Source: Synergistales bacterium (GTDB lineage: Bacteria > Synergistota > Synergistia > Synergistales > JAFGMB01). Taken from it: 64,000 nt of DNA. Below, one piece after another: positions 42,054 through 51,853 of this stretch (its first letter is position 1; each line of letters opens with the position of its first letter). A program made the translations under genes and the position numbers. The stretch is taken from the NCBI GenBank assembly GCA_963666205.1, contig OY762654.1:2592001-2656000 (forward strand), written 5' to 3'. The notes below the pieces were generated by a model. That model saw only the letters and a program-made list of their open reading frames with translations. It had not been told where the DNA came from and ran no database searches.

Positions 42054-43860
42054 CAATATAAAATCCTTTTCCCCTTCCCTTGGGAGTTCAAATTCACCCG
42101 AAGATGGGTTGAACAGCACAAAGGGTCCTGTACCGGACGTGGTTTTTTTTATCCTCGTCCTTGTCTCTCTTGCTCTTCCCAATATTATTTTTTCGGGTAT
42201 GTTCTGGTTTCAGACCCTCCATTTAATGAAATGGTTCGTGGCGATGGTTCCCATAGGTATCCTTTCATTGTTCCTCGGATTCAGACTATTGCGTTCAGGA
42301 GCCTCAGATATTGGTTTCAGGATAGATATCTTTGGCTGGATCTGGCTTTTTTTATTGCTTTATATTACTCTCCAGCCACTTTGGGTTGATATTCGTTCTG
42401 TGCCGACCTTTGTTCGGGAATGGTTCTTTTTTGCAACTCTCTGGATTACTTACATCCTGTGCTATAACTTTTTCAGAGGTAAATATCTTCGACCCATACT
42501 ATGGCTGGCAAACATCAATGCGGCATTGAATGTTATTTTCGCTGAGTTACAGATAACGTCTTTAAATTCGCCCTTCCCTTTTATCCTTCCTACACCAGGA
42601 AATTATATAGGTAATACAGGTCAGCAGAATATGTTGGGTTTCTGGCTTGCGATATGTGCTTTGAACAGTATATTTCTTCATGTAGCATATAGATCAGAAA
42701 AGGATTCGAATACTTTAACTGGCAGATTGTTGAAATATTCCAATCTCTGTATATTAGCTCTCCTGGGTTGGGGTATCTGGAACAGCACCAGCAGGTCAGC
42801 CATACTTTCCCTCCTGTGCGGTATATTATTCTTTCTAATTCTTATTCTCAGGGACATGAAAAAAGAGCATCTTAGAAGGCTTGCATTAGTAGTTCTCATA
42901 TTTGTAATAGCTCTTTCTTCAGCGATGGTATTTAGTCAGCAAAGGGTCGGTAAGATGATATCAAAAACTTTTGATATTGTGAAAAATCCGGAAAAAATAG
43001 CCAATAGAGATTCCATCTGGTTGAGTTCCTGGTCCATGTTCACAAGTCAGCCCATCAAAGGTGTAGGATTGGGGCAGTACAAATGGCATTATCTTGATGG
43101 GCAGCGTGAAATGCTGAAAAAACATCCCCATATGGACTGGAAGTTCACCTATTGGGCCCATAATGAATACCTTCAGTGGTTCTGTGAAGCAGGACTTATC
43201 CCGGGGATCATATTAATGGCTATGGCTTTCTGGTGGCTCTGGTCCCTTTTCAGATGGGTGATATTGAAAAAACAGATATCCCTTGAGGCTGTCTGGGGTA
43301 TTTCCATGCTTGGGCTGATCTGGTTCAATGCCATCTGGACCAGACCCTTCCACCGTATAGAGGATGCCCTTTGGATGTCCTTTGCTTTTGCTCTTGCCAA
43401 CAGGGATATCCTGCCTCTGGAATCATCGTGGACAAAGGTGAGGAGAGGCTATCTTTATCGCGCTCTTGGAGCATTGATCCTTTTTTGTTCGATAGTTGGG
43501 TTCGGGTATCTTTTTCATGGAATGCAGGGAGATTTATTGTTAAGAAAGGCTGTTCAGACCAAGCACCCATTCACTCAACGCACCTACCTTGAAAGGGCTT
43601 ATGATCATCTTCTGGTAAGGGATATAGCCGAAAGACAGCTTGCTTACCATTACCTTTCTATTGGAGCCGCCAGCAAGAATACAGATTATACTGTCGAGGG
43701 AGTGGAAAGGCTATACAGGTATTTTTTAAGGGAACCCCATTCAAGGGAACTGAAAACCCTTATGGACTGGGGTGTCAGACTTCAGAATGTAGAATTGACA
43801 AGGGAGATAGCTTCCTATCTCAAACCTGGTTCATATAATCTGCAAATGAGGAAAAATTGA
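42025..43860 (+). CDS. O-antigen ligase family (Wzy_C) membrane protein, PglL-like O-oligosaccharyltransferase candidate
   Basis: About 12 TMs; GNTGQQN, STSRSA, R..IW....MF...PIKGVGLGQY, AHNEYLQWFCEAG; soluble C-terminal tail. Confidence 0.8.
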   Translation: MDSMKKKQTDNIKSFSPSLGSSNSPEDGLNSTKGPVPDVVFFILVLVSLALPNIIFSGMFWFQTLHLMKWFVAMVPIGILSLFLGFRLLRSGASDIGFRIDIFGWIWLFLLLYITLQPLWVDIRSVPTFVREWFFFATLWITYILCYNFFRGKYLRPILWLANINAALNVIFAELQITSLNSPFPFILPTPGNYIGNTGQQNMLGFWLAICALNSIFLHVAYRSEKDSNTLTGRLLKYSNLCILALLGWGIWNSTSRSAILSLLCGILFFLILILRDMKKEHLRRLALVVLIFVIALSSAMVFSQQRVGKMISKTFDIVKNPEKIANRDSIWLSSWSMFTSQPIKGVGLGQYKWHYLDGQREMLKKHPHMDWKFTYWAHNEYLQWFCEAGLIPGIILMAMAFWWLWSLFRWVILKKQISLEAVWGISMLGLIWFNAIWTRPFHRIEDALWMSFAFALANRDILPLESSWTKVRRGYLYRALGALILFCSIVGFGYLFHGMQGDLLLRKAVQTKHPFTQRTYLERAYDHLLVRDIAERQLAYHYLSIGAASKNTDYTVEGVERLYRYFLREPHSRELKTLMDWGVRLQNVELTREIASYLKPGSYNLQMRKN

Positions 43861-43896
43861 CCCCTTTTTCCTTGCTGAACCCTTGTGGAGGATTTT

Positions 43897-44484
43897 ATGG
43901 TTAAGTCCAGAAAAGCCTTTACCCTTATCGAAATACTTGTAGTAATAGCCATTACTGGAGTTATTCTTACAGCAGCCATGGCTCCAATTGTCCTTACAGT
44001 AAGGAACCTCAGGATTACGGAAAAGGATTTTGGAACCAGGGAGGCCATGTGGAAGTCTTTGTCTTTTATTGCAAGAGATCTTCGGCAGTCCATTCCCGGA
44101 CCATCAGGTCCGTCACTGAAACTGTTACATGGTGAAAGACTTGGAGACGGAGCAGATGATATAGTCTGTTTCTGGAGTTCTTTGCCCATTTCACACGGTA
44201 TGCCTCCTGGTTCTGTTATGTACAGGATCATTTCCGAAAGGAATCAACTTCCCGGACTTTACAGAGTTGTTTTTCCATCCCTTGAACCTGCTAAAATCGA
44301 TTGCAGAGAAATGCCTGAAAAGGATCTTCAGATACTCATCCCTTACGCTGAAAGCTTTCGTATCTCTGTATGGGATGGAGAAACATGGGTTGAAGAATAT
44401 GAAGGTCCTCGACCAGCCGGTGTTCGCTTTACCCTTGAAAGACGGGGAGAGGTGGTAGAATATGTTGACTGGATCCCAAGATAG
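43897..44484 (+). CDS. gspJ: T2SS minor pseudopilin, GspJ-like
   Basis: Class III signal RKA-FTLIEILVV; IARDLRQ; WDGETWVEEY..PRPAGVRFTL. Confidence 0.75.
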   Translation: MVKSRKAFTLIEILVVIAITGVILTAAMAPIVLTVRNLRITEKDFGTREAMWKSLSFIARDLRQSIPGPSGPSLKLLHGERLGDGADDIVCFWSSLPISHGMPPGSVMYRIISERNQLPGLYRVVFPSLEPAKIDCREMPEKDLQILIPYAESFRISVWDGETWVEEYEGPRPAGVRFTLERRGEVVEYVDWIPR

Positions 44485-45382
44485 GAAACATGGATTTATA
44501 CTTGTTTCCATCCTTCTTGTCCTGACAGTCCTTCTTTCCTGTACTGTAGGTTACGCATGGTTCGCAAGGGCCCAGTTCAAGCGGATATCTGCAGAAAGAT
44601 TTGAACTTCGCTCAAGGAGTATTGCCTATGCTGCGGTATTGCAAATAGCCAAAGGACTGCAGTATGATAAGAACGATTATGATTCCTATACTGAAGAATG
44701 GTTCGGGCAGAACGCTATTCCCATAGATGATCTGGGAATTCTGCTTGTTAATATTGAACCTCTGGATGACCTTTTTCCTGTGAATGAACTATTTCTACCA
44801 GATGGAGTTACCCTTCGTAATGAAATCAGGGCACCCTGGGAGAAAATATGGAAAGATCGCAATCAGGAAGGCTGGGGAACTGTCATCCTTGATTTTCTTG
44901 ATGAGGATGTCAAGCCCAGATTGGGAAGCTATGAAAGGCGTTTTTTCATCAACAGGGACATAGCCGATCTTTCAGACTTTCTTGTACTGGAGGGTTTTCC
45001 GCAGGAACTCATTTCAGGAAATGCTGGCATGACAGGACTCAAAGAACTTCTTACTCCATGGAGCTCTGGTAAGATCAACATTAATGTTGCCCCCCTTGAA
45101 GTTCTTGTCCTGCTTGATGGTATAGATGAATCTATCGCTGGAGATATAATTGAAACAAGAGCTGTTAACCCTTTCACGGATCTGAAGGATCTGACAGAAA
45201 TGCAGTCTTTCTCTGAAGCTCTTGTGCCTCGTATAATGAATATGGTTACATTTAAAAGCACCTACTTTCGAGTAGTTATGAAGGTCTTAAGACCCGATAA
45301 CGAATCAGCGATGATCTATCGCGTTATTCTTAAAAAAGACGGTTCCAGAAGCACGTCCATAGTAAAATGGGAGGAAATCTAA
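44462..45382 (+). CDS. gspK: T2SS minor pseudopilin GspK
   Basis: HG-FILVSIL (no E5), DSYTEEW, ILDFLDED, GKININVAP..VL..LDGI. Confidence 0.85.
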   Translation: MLTGSQDRKHGFILVSILLVLTVLLSCTVGYAWFARAQFKRISAERFELRSRSIAYAAVLQIAKGLQYDKNDYDSYTEEWFGQNAIPIDDLGILLVNIEPLDDLFPVNELFLPDGVTLRNEIRAPWEKIWKDRNQEGWGTVILDFLDEDVKPRLGSYERRFFINRDIADLSDFLVLEGFPQELISGNAGMTGLKELLTPWSSGKININVAPLEVLVLLDGIDESIAGDIIETRAVNPFTDLKDLTEMQSFSEALVPRIMNMVTFKSTYFRVVMKVLRPDNESAMIYRVILKKDGSRSTSIVKWEEI

Positions 45383-45385
45383 AGA

Positions 45386-46561
45386 ATGACCAGATCCCCT
45401 AGCAAGGTCCTTATATGCTCTTCTGCCGGAGAGATAACATTCTTGCCCCGTAATCTTCTAGAACGGATTCCCCTCAAAAGGGGAGAATCTCTTTGTCTGA
45501 TGCCTTTTAAAAGCCTTTCCATACAGCCCTTTTCATATCCCTTTACGAATCTTTCCCAGATAAGAGAAGCACTGGCAATAAAGGTTAGACCCTATAGAAT
45601 AGAGGGTAAGGGAGTTGAGATTTTTCCCGCTGTTTTTGATAAGGATGGCAGATCTTCCCGGGGGGTTGCATGGTTTATTTCTTCCGATGAACTGGAAAAA
45701 ACTGAGGCGAACCTGACGGATATTTCCGGAAATATCATGAATTGGCCATTGCCAATGGCTTTTGCTTCAAAGGTGAATGGTACTGGATCAGTTATCTGGA
45801 CCGATGGCGAAAGTATCTGTTCAATGCTCTTCAAGGGTTATTATCCTGTGCTTTACAGATGGAATGTTTATTCTGAAAATTGCACAGAAAGAGAAAAACA
45901 ATGGCTTTATTCCTATTCCCGTTCAAGTGGCGATGAGATTGAAGAGGCAGTGGTCATTGACTCCAGGAAAACAGAGGAGTATGAAAGCCTGGTTTCAACT
46001 TCCCTTCTGGAGACACTGAAGGCTTTTCCCAGATATTCCCAGATAAATGTTTCTAAAAAGGTAATGGATTCATTTCTTATGACCGAACGAATGACAGGTC
46101 TTTTGAGCAGGATCCTTTCTGTAATACTTGTTTCCGGCATCCTTTTTGCTTCGGGTTCTTTTATCAGGTATTCATCTTCTGAAAGGCATCTGGAAACCCT
46201 GCAGACGAGGAGTATTGAAGTATTCAGGGATGTTTTCCATGCCAGGGACAGGATTATTGATCCGCTAAGCCAGGCTAAGTCCATAATTGCTGAAATAGCA
46301 GGGACTGAAAAAGGACTTTCTCTTGAAGAACTTATGGCCCGCATTGGAATGGCATGGTCAGAGGTTGAGCAAAGTGGGATAGTGTTAAACTCTATAAGGT
46401 ACAGTGGAGATTATATGGACATGTCTGGTACTGCATCAGAGATGGTTTCGGTTCAGGTACTTCAGAAATCCCTCGATACTAAGGAAATCAAAAGCAGTAT
46501 CGGGGATATTCAACAGATACCAGGCGGTGGTATCAGGTTTAATATGACCATCAGGTGGTGA
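45386..46561 (+). CDS. gspL: T2SS inner-membrane platform protein, GspL-like
   Basis: Cytoplasmic domain, single TM near residue 250, IIDPLSQAK periplasmic motif; position after gspK. Confidence 0.7.
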   Translation: MTRSPSKVLICSSAGEITFLPRNLLERIPLKRGESLCLMPFKSLSIQPFSYPFTNLSQIREALAIKVRPYRIEGKGVEIFPAVFDKDGRSSRGVAWFISSDELEKTEANLTDISGNIMNWPLPMAFASKVNGTGSVIWTDGESICSMLFKGYYPVLYRWNVYSENCTEREKQWLYSYSRSSGDEIEEAVVIDSRKTEEYESLVSTSLLETLKAFPRYSQINVSKKVMDSFLMTERMTGLLSRILSVILVSGILFASGSFIRYSSSERHLETLQTRSIEVFRDVFHARDRIIDPLSQAKSIIAEIAGTEKGLSLEELMARIGMAWSEVEQSGIVLNSIRYSGDYMDMSGTASEMVSVQVLQKSLDTKEIKSSIGDIQQIPGGGIRFNMTIRW

Positions 46562-47073
46562 TTGACATGGCTCGTTTCCCTTCTGACATCAATGAAAAAC
46601 TGGGTTCTATGCTATCCTTTCCAGGATTCAGGAAAGTGGTGCTGCTTTTCCTCGGATGTTTCCTTGTGTGGGGAAGTTCTATCTATTTTCTTCAGGAAAA
46701 GGCGACATTATTGTCAAGGATAACTATCCAGGAAAGACGATTCAATGAACTTCTACAACTTGCTGCTACATACAAGAGGCTTTCTCTACCCCTTGCTGGG
46801 GAGGATATGAGTGCTTTTGAGGGGAAAGATCCGGTAGAGATAATATCTTCTACTCTGGACCAGGTCGGACTTAAATCCAACCTTGTCCAGTTATCAGTAT
46901 TATCCAGCGGTGTCAATGTACAGTTGGAAGATCTTTATGGAGAGGATATGGGAACATTTATCCAGCAGATCCGACTGAATGGTCTGGAAATAATGTCCGC
47001 TGAAATAAAGACTCTTCCACAGGGTGAGGGTCTTCTATTCAGCCTTTCAATGATAGTAGGTAAACGATTATGA
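46555..47073 (+). CDS. T2SS protein, GspM-like
   Basis: Single N-proximal TM, coiled coil, small C-terminal domain; position after gspL. Confidence 0.6.
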   Translation: MVIDMARFPSDINEKLGSMLSFPGFRKVVLLFLGCFLVWGSSIYFLQEKATLLSRITIQERRFNELLQLAATYKRLSLPLAGEDMSAFEGKDPVEIISSTLDQVGLKSNLVQLSVLSSGVNVQLEDLYGEDMGTFIQQIRLNGLEIMSAEIKTLPQGEGLLFSLSMIVGKRL

Positions 47074-47672
47074 GGTCGTCTTTTCGTTTTATTTTCCTCA
47101 TATTTATGTTTCTTCTGTTATTTTTTTCTTTTTCATGGCTCCTTTTTCCCTGGGAAGGGGCGGGAAGTTTTGTCCTTGGAAGGATACAGAATGAATTGCA
47201 GACAAGAGGGGTCTATGTGAACTATGAGGATCTCAACAGAGAGAATCTGGTTGATCCTGTTCTCGTAATGAAAGATACTTCTTTAGTGTATCTTATGGGA
47301 AATCTCCAGGTCGGTGTAGTGAAAGTAAGTCCTGATATAGTATCCTCCATTTTGAGTCTTAAACCTTCCCTTCGTGTTAGCCTTCAGGAAGGAATTGTCT
47401 TTATTGGAGGAGAAGAATCAGGTACCTTCGGAAATGGGGAATTTATCCTTCGAGTTCTTCCGGGTAAAATATTTGTGGATGAAGTAAGTTTTAAAGGAGA
47501 TATTTCAGCTTCCGGAGATATGGTTTTTGATACATCTGCAGGCGGGATAAATTCAGCATCCCTGGTTTTCAGGGTTCCAGAAAAACTGGAAGTATTTCTC
47601 AAGGCTCTATCAAGAAGCAGGACACTCAACAAAAACAACTCAGGGGAATGGCAGTTTATAATTAAAAAATAG
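47070..47672 (+). CDS. T2SS protein, GspN-like
   Basis: N-terminal TM ending LLFPW, beta-rich remainder; position after gspM. Confidence 0.5.
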   Translation: MRSSFRFIFLIFMFLLLFFSFSWLLFPWEGAGSFVLGRIQNELQTRGVYVNYEDLNRENLVDPVLVMKDTSLVYLMGNLQVGVVKVSPDIVSSILSLKPSLRVSLQEGIVFIGGEESGTFGNGEFILRVLPGKIFVDEVSFKGDISASGDMVFDTSAGGINSASLVFRVPEKLEVFLKALSRSRTLNKNNSGEWQFIIKK

Positions 47673-47685
47673 GGAGAGAGTTCGA

Positions 47686-48630
47686 ATGATAAAGAGCAGG
47701 ATATTCCTTGGGCACTTTTCATATAATAGCGTATCAGTTCTATCTATTATAGAAAAAATGCTGCCCTTTATGGCCTCGATAATGATAGCTTTTGCTCTTG
47801 CATGGGTCTCTTCTTCTTCTCTTGACTGGTACTTTACACTCAGAAATTATGAATCTGACCGGATCTCTATGCTTGAAGCGAAGGGTTTGGAAGCAGGACT
47901 TGTCATCCCTGGAGGAACAAGTCCTGCTATCAGTGATTTTGTAAGCGCAAACCCCTTTAATGTTATGGAATATGAAAAAAACCATTCAGGACCTGCTTCT
48001 ACAGAAAAAAAAGAAGAGATATTTTCCCTTGATGGCATGACTCTTTCAGGCACAATTCCGGGAATAGGGGCTCAGCTCCGTGATGGAGAAGCGACACCCT
48101 TTATCTTAAGTGGCCAGGAATACAGAGGATACACTCTTCAGGACGTTGAGAGTAACAGGGCCTTTTTTTTCAAGAATGATGATGAATTTATCCTTCATCT
48201 CTTCTATGGCCAGAACGGAGACAGCAAGAAAGGTTCGGGGAAAAATCCATCTCAGGTTAAACAGACTTTGCCGGTAAGAGAAAATCCAGGTATAGCTCCT
48301 GCCGAAGTTGGTCAAAACGGTACTATTGCCAGGGAGCTTGTCAACGATCTACTAATGAACCCTTTCAATGAAATGAAAAAAGTTCGGTTGAGGGCGAAGT
48401 TTCAGGACGGTGAGGCCCTTGGAATTGAAGTTCAGTGGCTTGCCAGGGATAGTCTGCTTGGAGAACTTGGAGTAGAAAAGGGAGATATAGTCCAGTCTAT
48501 AAACAGTGTACCCATTAACAATATGGGGGATATTTCCAATGCAATCAATTCCCTTATGGGTGGAGACCGCTTTGAAGTAGAGGTCCTTCGAAAAGGGGAA
48601 AAGGTTCCCCTGACCTATACGGTAAAGTAG
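47686..48630 (+). CDS. gspC: T2SS protein GspC with PDZ domain
   Basis: TM, TLSGT..G (HR domain), LGVEKGDIVQSINSV...VEVLRKGE PDZ. Confidence 0.8.
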   Translation: MIKSRIFLGHFSYNSVSVLSIIEKMLPFMASIMIAFALAWVSSSSLDWYFTLRNYESDRISMLEAKGLEAGLVIPGGTSPAISDFVSANPFNVMEYEKNHSGPASTEKKEEIFSLDGMTLSGTIPGIGAQLRDGEATPFILSGQEYRGYTLQDVESNRAFFFKNDDEFILHLFYGQNGDSKKGSGKNPSQVKQTLPVRENPGIAPAEVGQNGTIARELVNDLLMNPFNEMKKVRLRAKFQDGEALGIEVQWLARDSLLGELGVEKGDIVQSINSVPINNMGDISNAINSLMGGDRFEVEVLRKGEKVPLTYTVK

Positions 48631-48636
48631 AAGATT

Positions 48637-48984
48637 ATGATATCCAGGAAGGGTCTCTATTCCAGAAGCGGTGCTTTTACTCTTATTGAAGTTCTTGTTG
48701 CAGTCATCATTTTAGGATTGGTCGCCACTGCATCTTTTCGGTTGATGATAATGTCAGGTCGTACTATCAGAGAGGTGCAGGTTCAGAGAGAACTCCTGAA
48801 TAGGGCAAGGGAGATCCAGTTTTCCATGCTTTTCCAGGAAAAGGCAGATAGCGGTATAGAGAAGGATATGGCCTGGGAGACAAGAAAAATCTCTCAGCCG
48901 GTTTTCGGAGGCAAGTGGGAAGTTGCTTATCGCAGGGTTGATCTTACCTATAAAGGCAGAACTATAGTGATTTATTTGCCGTGA
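48637..48984 (+). CDS. gspI: T2SS minor pseudopilin, GspI-like
   Basis: GA-FTLIEVLVAVIIL; 115 aa. Confidence 0.7.
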   Translation: MISRKGLYSRSGAFTLIEVLVAVIILGLVATASFRLMIMSGRTIREVQVQRELLNRAREIQFSMLFQEKADSGIEKDMAWETRKISQPVFGGKWEVAYRRVDLTYKGRTIVIYLP

Positions 48985-49004
48985 AAAAAGGAAGGGGTGA
49001 AGCT

Positions 49005-50963
49005 ATGAAAAGATATCTTGTAATTCTTCTAGCTTTGTTGATGTTTTTATCTTTTGGAATTGATTCTACCCGGGCACAGGATACCTCTGATGAACAGAAT
49101 CTGCTTCAGGCAGCGGGAATGATGAGGGAATCAGGAAGGGTACAGTTCAACTTCTCAGATATCGACATCGTAAAATTTATTCGATTCATGTCAGAACTGC
49201 TCCAGGAAAATATTATCGTGCCTCCATCCGTAAAGGGAAACATTTCAGTCATTTCTCCCCAACCGGTTCCACTGGACCAGGCAAGGCAGGTTATGCTTTC
49301 TGTTCTTGAGATGAACGGATTATCCGTTCAGGAAATGGGACAGTACAGTAAAGTGGTACCCCTGAAGGCAGGTTCAGGAATCGAAAACGTTATTAGAAAA
49401 GGTAAAATGGGACCTGGAGTAGGAGAACAGGTTGTAGCCCAGGTGGTACCTCTGGATTATGTGTCTGCAGCATTTGTAGCGGATGCGGTTAAACAGATAT
49501 CTGGAAAGGATGTTGGCATCCTTCCCATAGGCATGGGTAACGAGATCCTTCTCACCGGTAAAGCATCTGATGTAAACCGGGCTGTCAGCCTTGTACAGAC
49601 CCTTGATGTTCCAGACAGTATCCGTACAAGCAGATCCGTAACATTAAAGTATTCTTCCCCAAGGGTTGTTGAATCCCATCTGAATTCCCTTGCCAAGGAT
49701 AAGTCAGGCCCAGTCAATGGCCTGGTGGCAATAGCAGATGAAGCAAGCAGCAAGATCATCCTGGTAGGTGAAAGGAATACCCTGTCTGCCGCATGCAGGA
49801 TCATACGTGACATAGATATTCCCGCACGTTCTGGAGACTTTCATGTTTATAAACTTCAGAATGCCGATGCTGAAAAGGTTGCCGAGCAGCTGAGCCAGAT
49901 ACTGGATGTTTCCGCCCGCCTGCAGACCAATAAAAAGGAAGGACAGGCGTCCACTCCTACAACGGTGGTAGCGGATATCCCAACCAACAGCCTCATCTTT
50001 GCAGTGCCTCAACACCAGTACCAGTCTATAGTGGATATAATCGAACAGATAGATATCCAGCCCAAACAGGTTATGCTCAGGGGCCTTATCGCGGAGGTCA
50101 ATCTGACAAAACTCAATGATGCCGGCATCGACTGGGCCACATGGGGGGGTGCTGTTACTGGAGATGCTTATATTGCAGCCCAGGCCCAGCTTGGTAATGC
50201 ATCGGTCCCGGCAGAGATAATTAATTACTTCCAGAATCTGACTACAACGGAAAGAGAAATATACAATGATGCGGGTAATGTAGTTGGTACTATAACAGAG
50301 TATGATACCAAGGCTCTCGTCTACTCTTACATTAAACTTACAAAACAGTTTGATGCCATAAACGTCCTTTCAATGCCGAGACTTCTCTGCACGGACAACA
50401 TGCCAAGCGAACTCCAGGTTGGACAGGTTATACCACAGTTAAGTGCAAAAACTTCAGATATAACCAACCCGAATTCAGTTCAGAACAGCTATGATTACAA
50501 GGATACCGGGTTGATATTGAACGTTACTCCCCATATTCGCAGTGGAAATCTTGTATCCCTGGAAATAGAGCAGAGTACGGAAGAGGTTCTCAGTGCGATG
50601 ACATCAGATACTCCTGTAACAGCAAAGAGGAAGATCAAGACTACCGTGCAGGTTGAAAATGGAAAGACGGTTATCCTGGGCGGTCTGATCAGGGAAGCAG
50701 AAAAAGCCATGAAACAGAGAGTTCCCGGACTTTCCTACATACCATTGGTGGGCAATCTTTTCAAAAGTTCGACAAAACAGAGGGAAAAGATCGAACTCAT
50801 GGTGTTCCTGACGCCATATATTCTGGAGACTCCCAAAGAGGCTTCCAGTTTTACCAGCCAGATAGTAATTTCAGGGGATCATGGAATGAATGAGGCGGAA
50901 AGGGCCCTTCAGGAACGCCTTGAAAGGGAATACCAGGAGATCCTTAAAAAGGAAAGCCAGTGA
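49005..50963 (+). CDS. gspD: T2SS outer-membrane secretin
   Basis: Signal peptide; FNFSDIDI..FI, N-domain repeats, DIQPKQVMLRGLIAEV, YKDTGLILNVTPHI, VPGLSYIPLVGNLFKS, ELMVFLTPYI. Confidence 0.95.
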   Translation: MKRYLVILLALLMFLSFGIDSTRAQDTSDEQNLLQAAGMMRESGRVQFNFSDIDIVKFIRFMSELLQENIIVPPSVKGNISVISPQPVPLDQARQVMLSVLEMNGLSVQEMGQYSKVVPLKAGSGIENVIRKGKMGPGVGEQVVAQVVPLDYVSAAFVADAVKQISGKDVGILPIGMGNEILLTGKASDVNRAVSLVQTLDVPDSIRTSRSVTLKYSSPRVVESHLNSLAKDKSGPVNGLVAIADEASSKIILVGERNTLSAACRIIRDIDIPARSGDFHVYKLQNADAEKVAEQLSQILDVSARLQTNKKEGQASTPTTVVADIPTNSLIFAVPQHQYQSIVDIIEQIDIQPKQVMLRGLIAEVNLTKLNDAGIDWATWGGAVTGDAYIAAQAQLGNASVPAEIINYFQNLTTTEREIYNDAGNVVGTITEYDTKALVYSYIKLTKQFDAINVLSMPRLLCTDNMPSELQVGQVIPQLSAKTSDITNPNSVQNSYDYKDTGLILNVTPHIRSGNLVSLEIEQSTEEVLSAMTSDTPVTAKRKIKTTVQVENGKTVILGGLIREAEKAMKQRVPGLSYIPLVGNLFKSSTKQREKIELMVFLTPYILETPKEASSFTSQIVISGDHGMNEAERALQERLEREYQEILKKESQ

Positions 50964-50988
50964 TCTGATACTGATTTACAGAGATACT

Positions 50989-51014
50989 AAAGGGAGCCCT
51001 GTGGGTTCCCTTTT
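50989..51014 (+). terminator. Intrinsic terminator after gspD
   Basis: AAAGGGAGCCC-TGT-GGGTTCCCTTTT. Confidence 0.75.
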
Positions 51015-51063
51015 GCATTTGTAATGATATAGTATTGTTAATAAATGATTATAAACAGGGGAG

Positions 51064-51852
51064 ATGGATTTGGGACCTGTAATAGCTGTTGCCAATCAAA
51101 AGGGAGGGGTCGGTAAAACTACCCTTGCTGTTAACATTGCGGCATGTATATCCTATAGGTGGAAAGATACGGGAAGGCGAATACTTCTAGTGGATACTGA
51201 CCATCAGGCCAATGCTTCCTACATACTTTCCCGGGATTCGGGCAAATACGAGGAGACTCTTGCGGCTATCTATCAGGATGAAATAGCCCGGGATTACGGA
51301 GACCTGATTCAGGCTACCAATGTTTCGGGAGTAGATATTGTGCCTGCATCTCCCATGATGGCCTCTGAAGAGATGAAGCTTGCCAGTAGGGAGAAGAAGG
51401 GTTACAGGCTCAAGTATTTCCTGGAGTTCAATGCTTCAAATTATGATCTGGTTATTATAGACTGCCCGCCAGCTATAAATCTGTTTGTTCTCAATGCTTT
51501 TTATGTTGCAGACCAGATACTTGTTCCCCTTCCTCCTGAAGATCTGGCTATACAGGGATTCCAGCAGTTGATGGCCCAGGTCCAGGCTGTAAGAGAAGTA
51601 AACCCTGGCTTGTCATTCCTTGGCGTAGTTGTCAACATGCTTACCGATAGAGTACGGATACACAGGGAGATAAGGTGTTTCCTGGAAGAAGAATTTGGTG
51701 ATAAGCTATTGGGCATAATACACAGGTCTGTCAGGATACAGGAGGCAGAAGCCATGAATCTGACCCTTCTCGATTATTCAAGAACCTCCCGTTCTTTCAA
51801 GGAATTTCTTGGAGTTGCTGACAATATTATTGAAGATCTGGGGTTGAAATAG
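51064..51852 (+). CDS. ParA/Soj-family ATPase (orphan, inside the T2SS cluster)
   Basis: Deviant Walker A ANQKGGVGKTT, DTDHQANAS, IIDCPP, IHRSVRIQEAE. Confidence 0.93.
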   Translation: MDLGPVIAVANQKGGVGKTTLAVNIAACISYRWKDTGRRILLVDTDHQANASYILSRDSGKYEETLAAIYQDEIARDYGDLIQATNVSGVDIVPASPMMASEEMKLASREKKGYRLKYFLEFNASNYDLVIIDCPPAINLFVLNAFYVADQILVPLPPEDLAIQGFQQLMAQVQAVREVNPGLSFLGVVVNMLTDRVRIHREIRCFLEEEFGDKLLGIIHRSVRIQEAEAMNLTLLDYSRTSRSFKEFLGVADNIIEDLGLK

Positions 51853-51853
51853 A

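Noticed and set aside
45719-45736. Perfect 18-bp palindrome GATATTTCCGGAAATATC in gspL, similar to a Noc-binding site
   Set aside because: Core is 2 bp shorter than TATTTCCCGGGAAATA, it is a single copy, and one such palindrome in 64 kb is plausible by chance; revisit only if enriched genome-wide
51225-51240. Partial NBS-like TTTCCCGGGA inside parA
   Set aside because: Only 10 of 16 positions match; no convincing parS or NBS was seen by eye in the window
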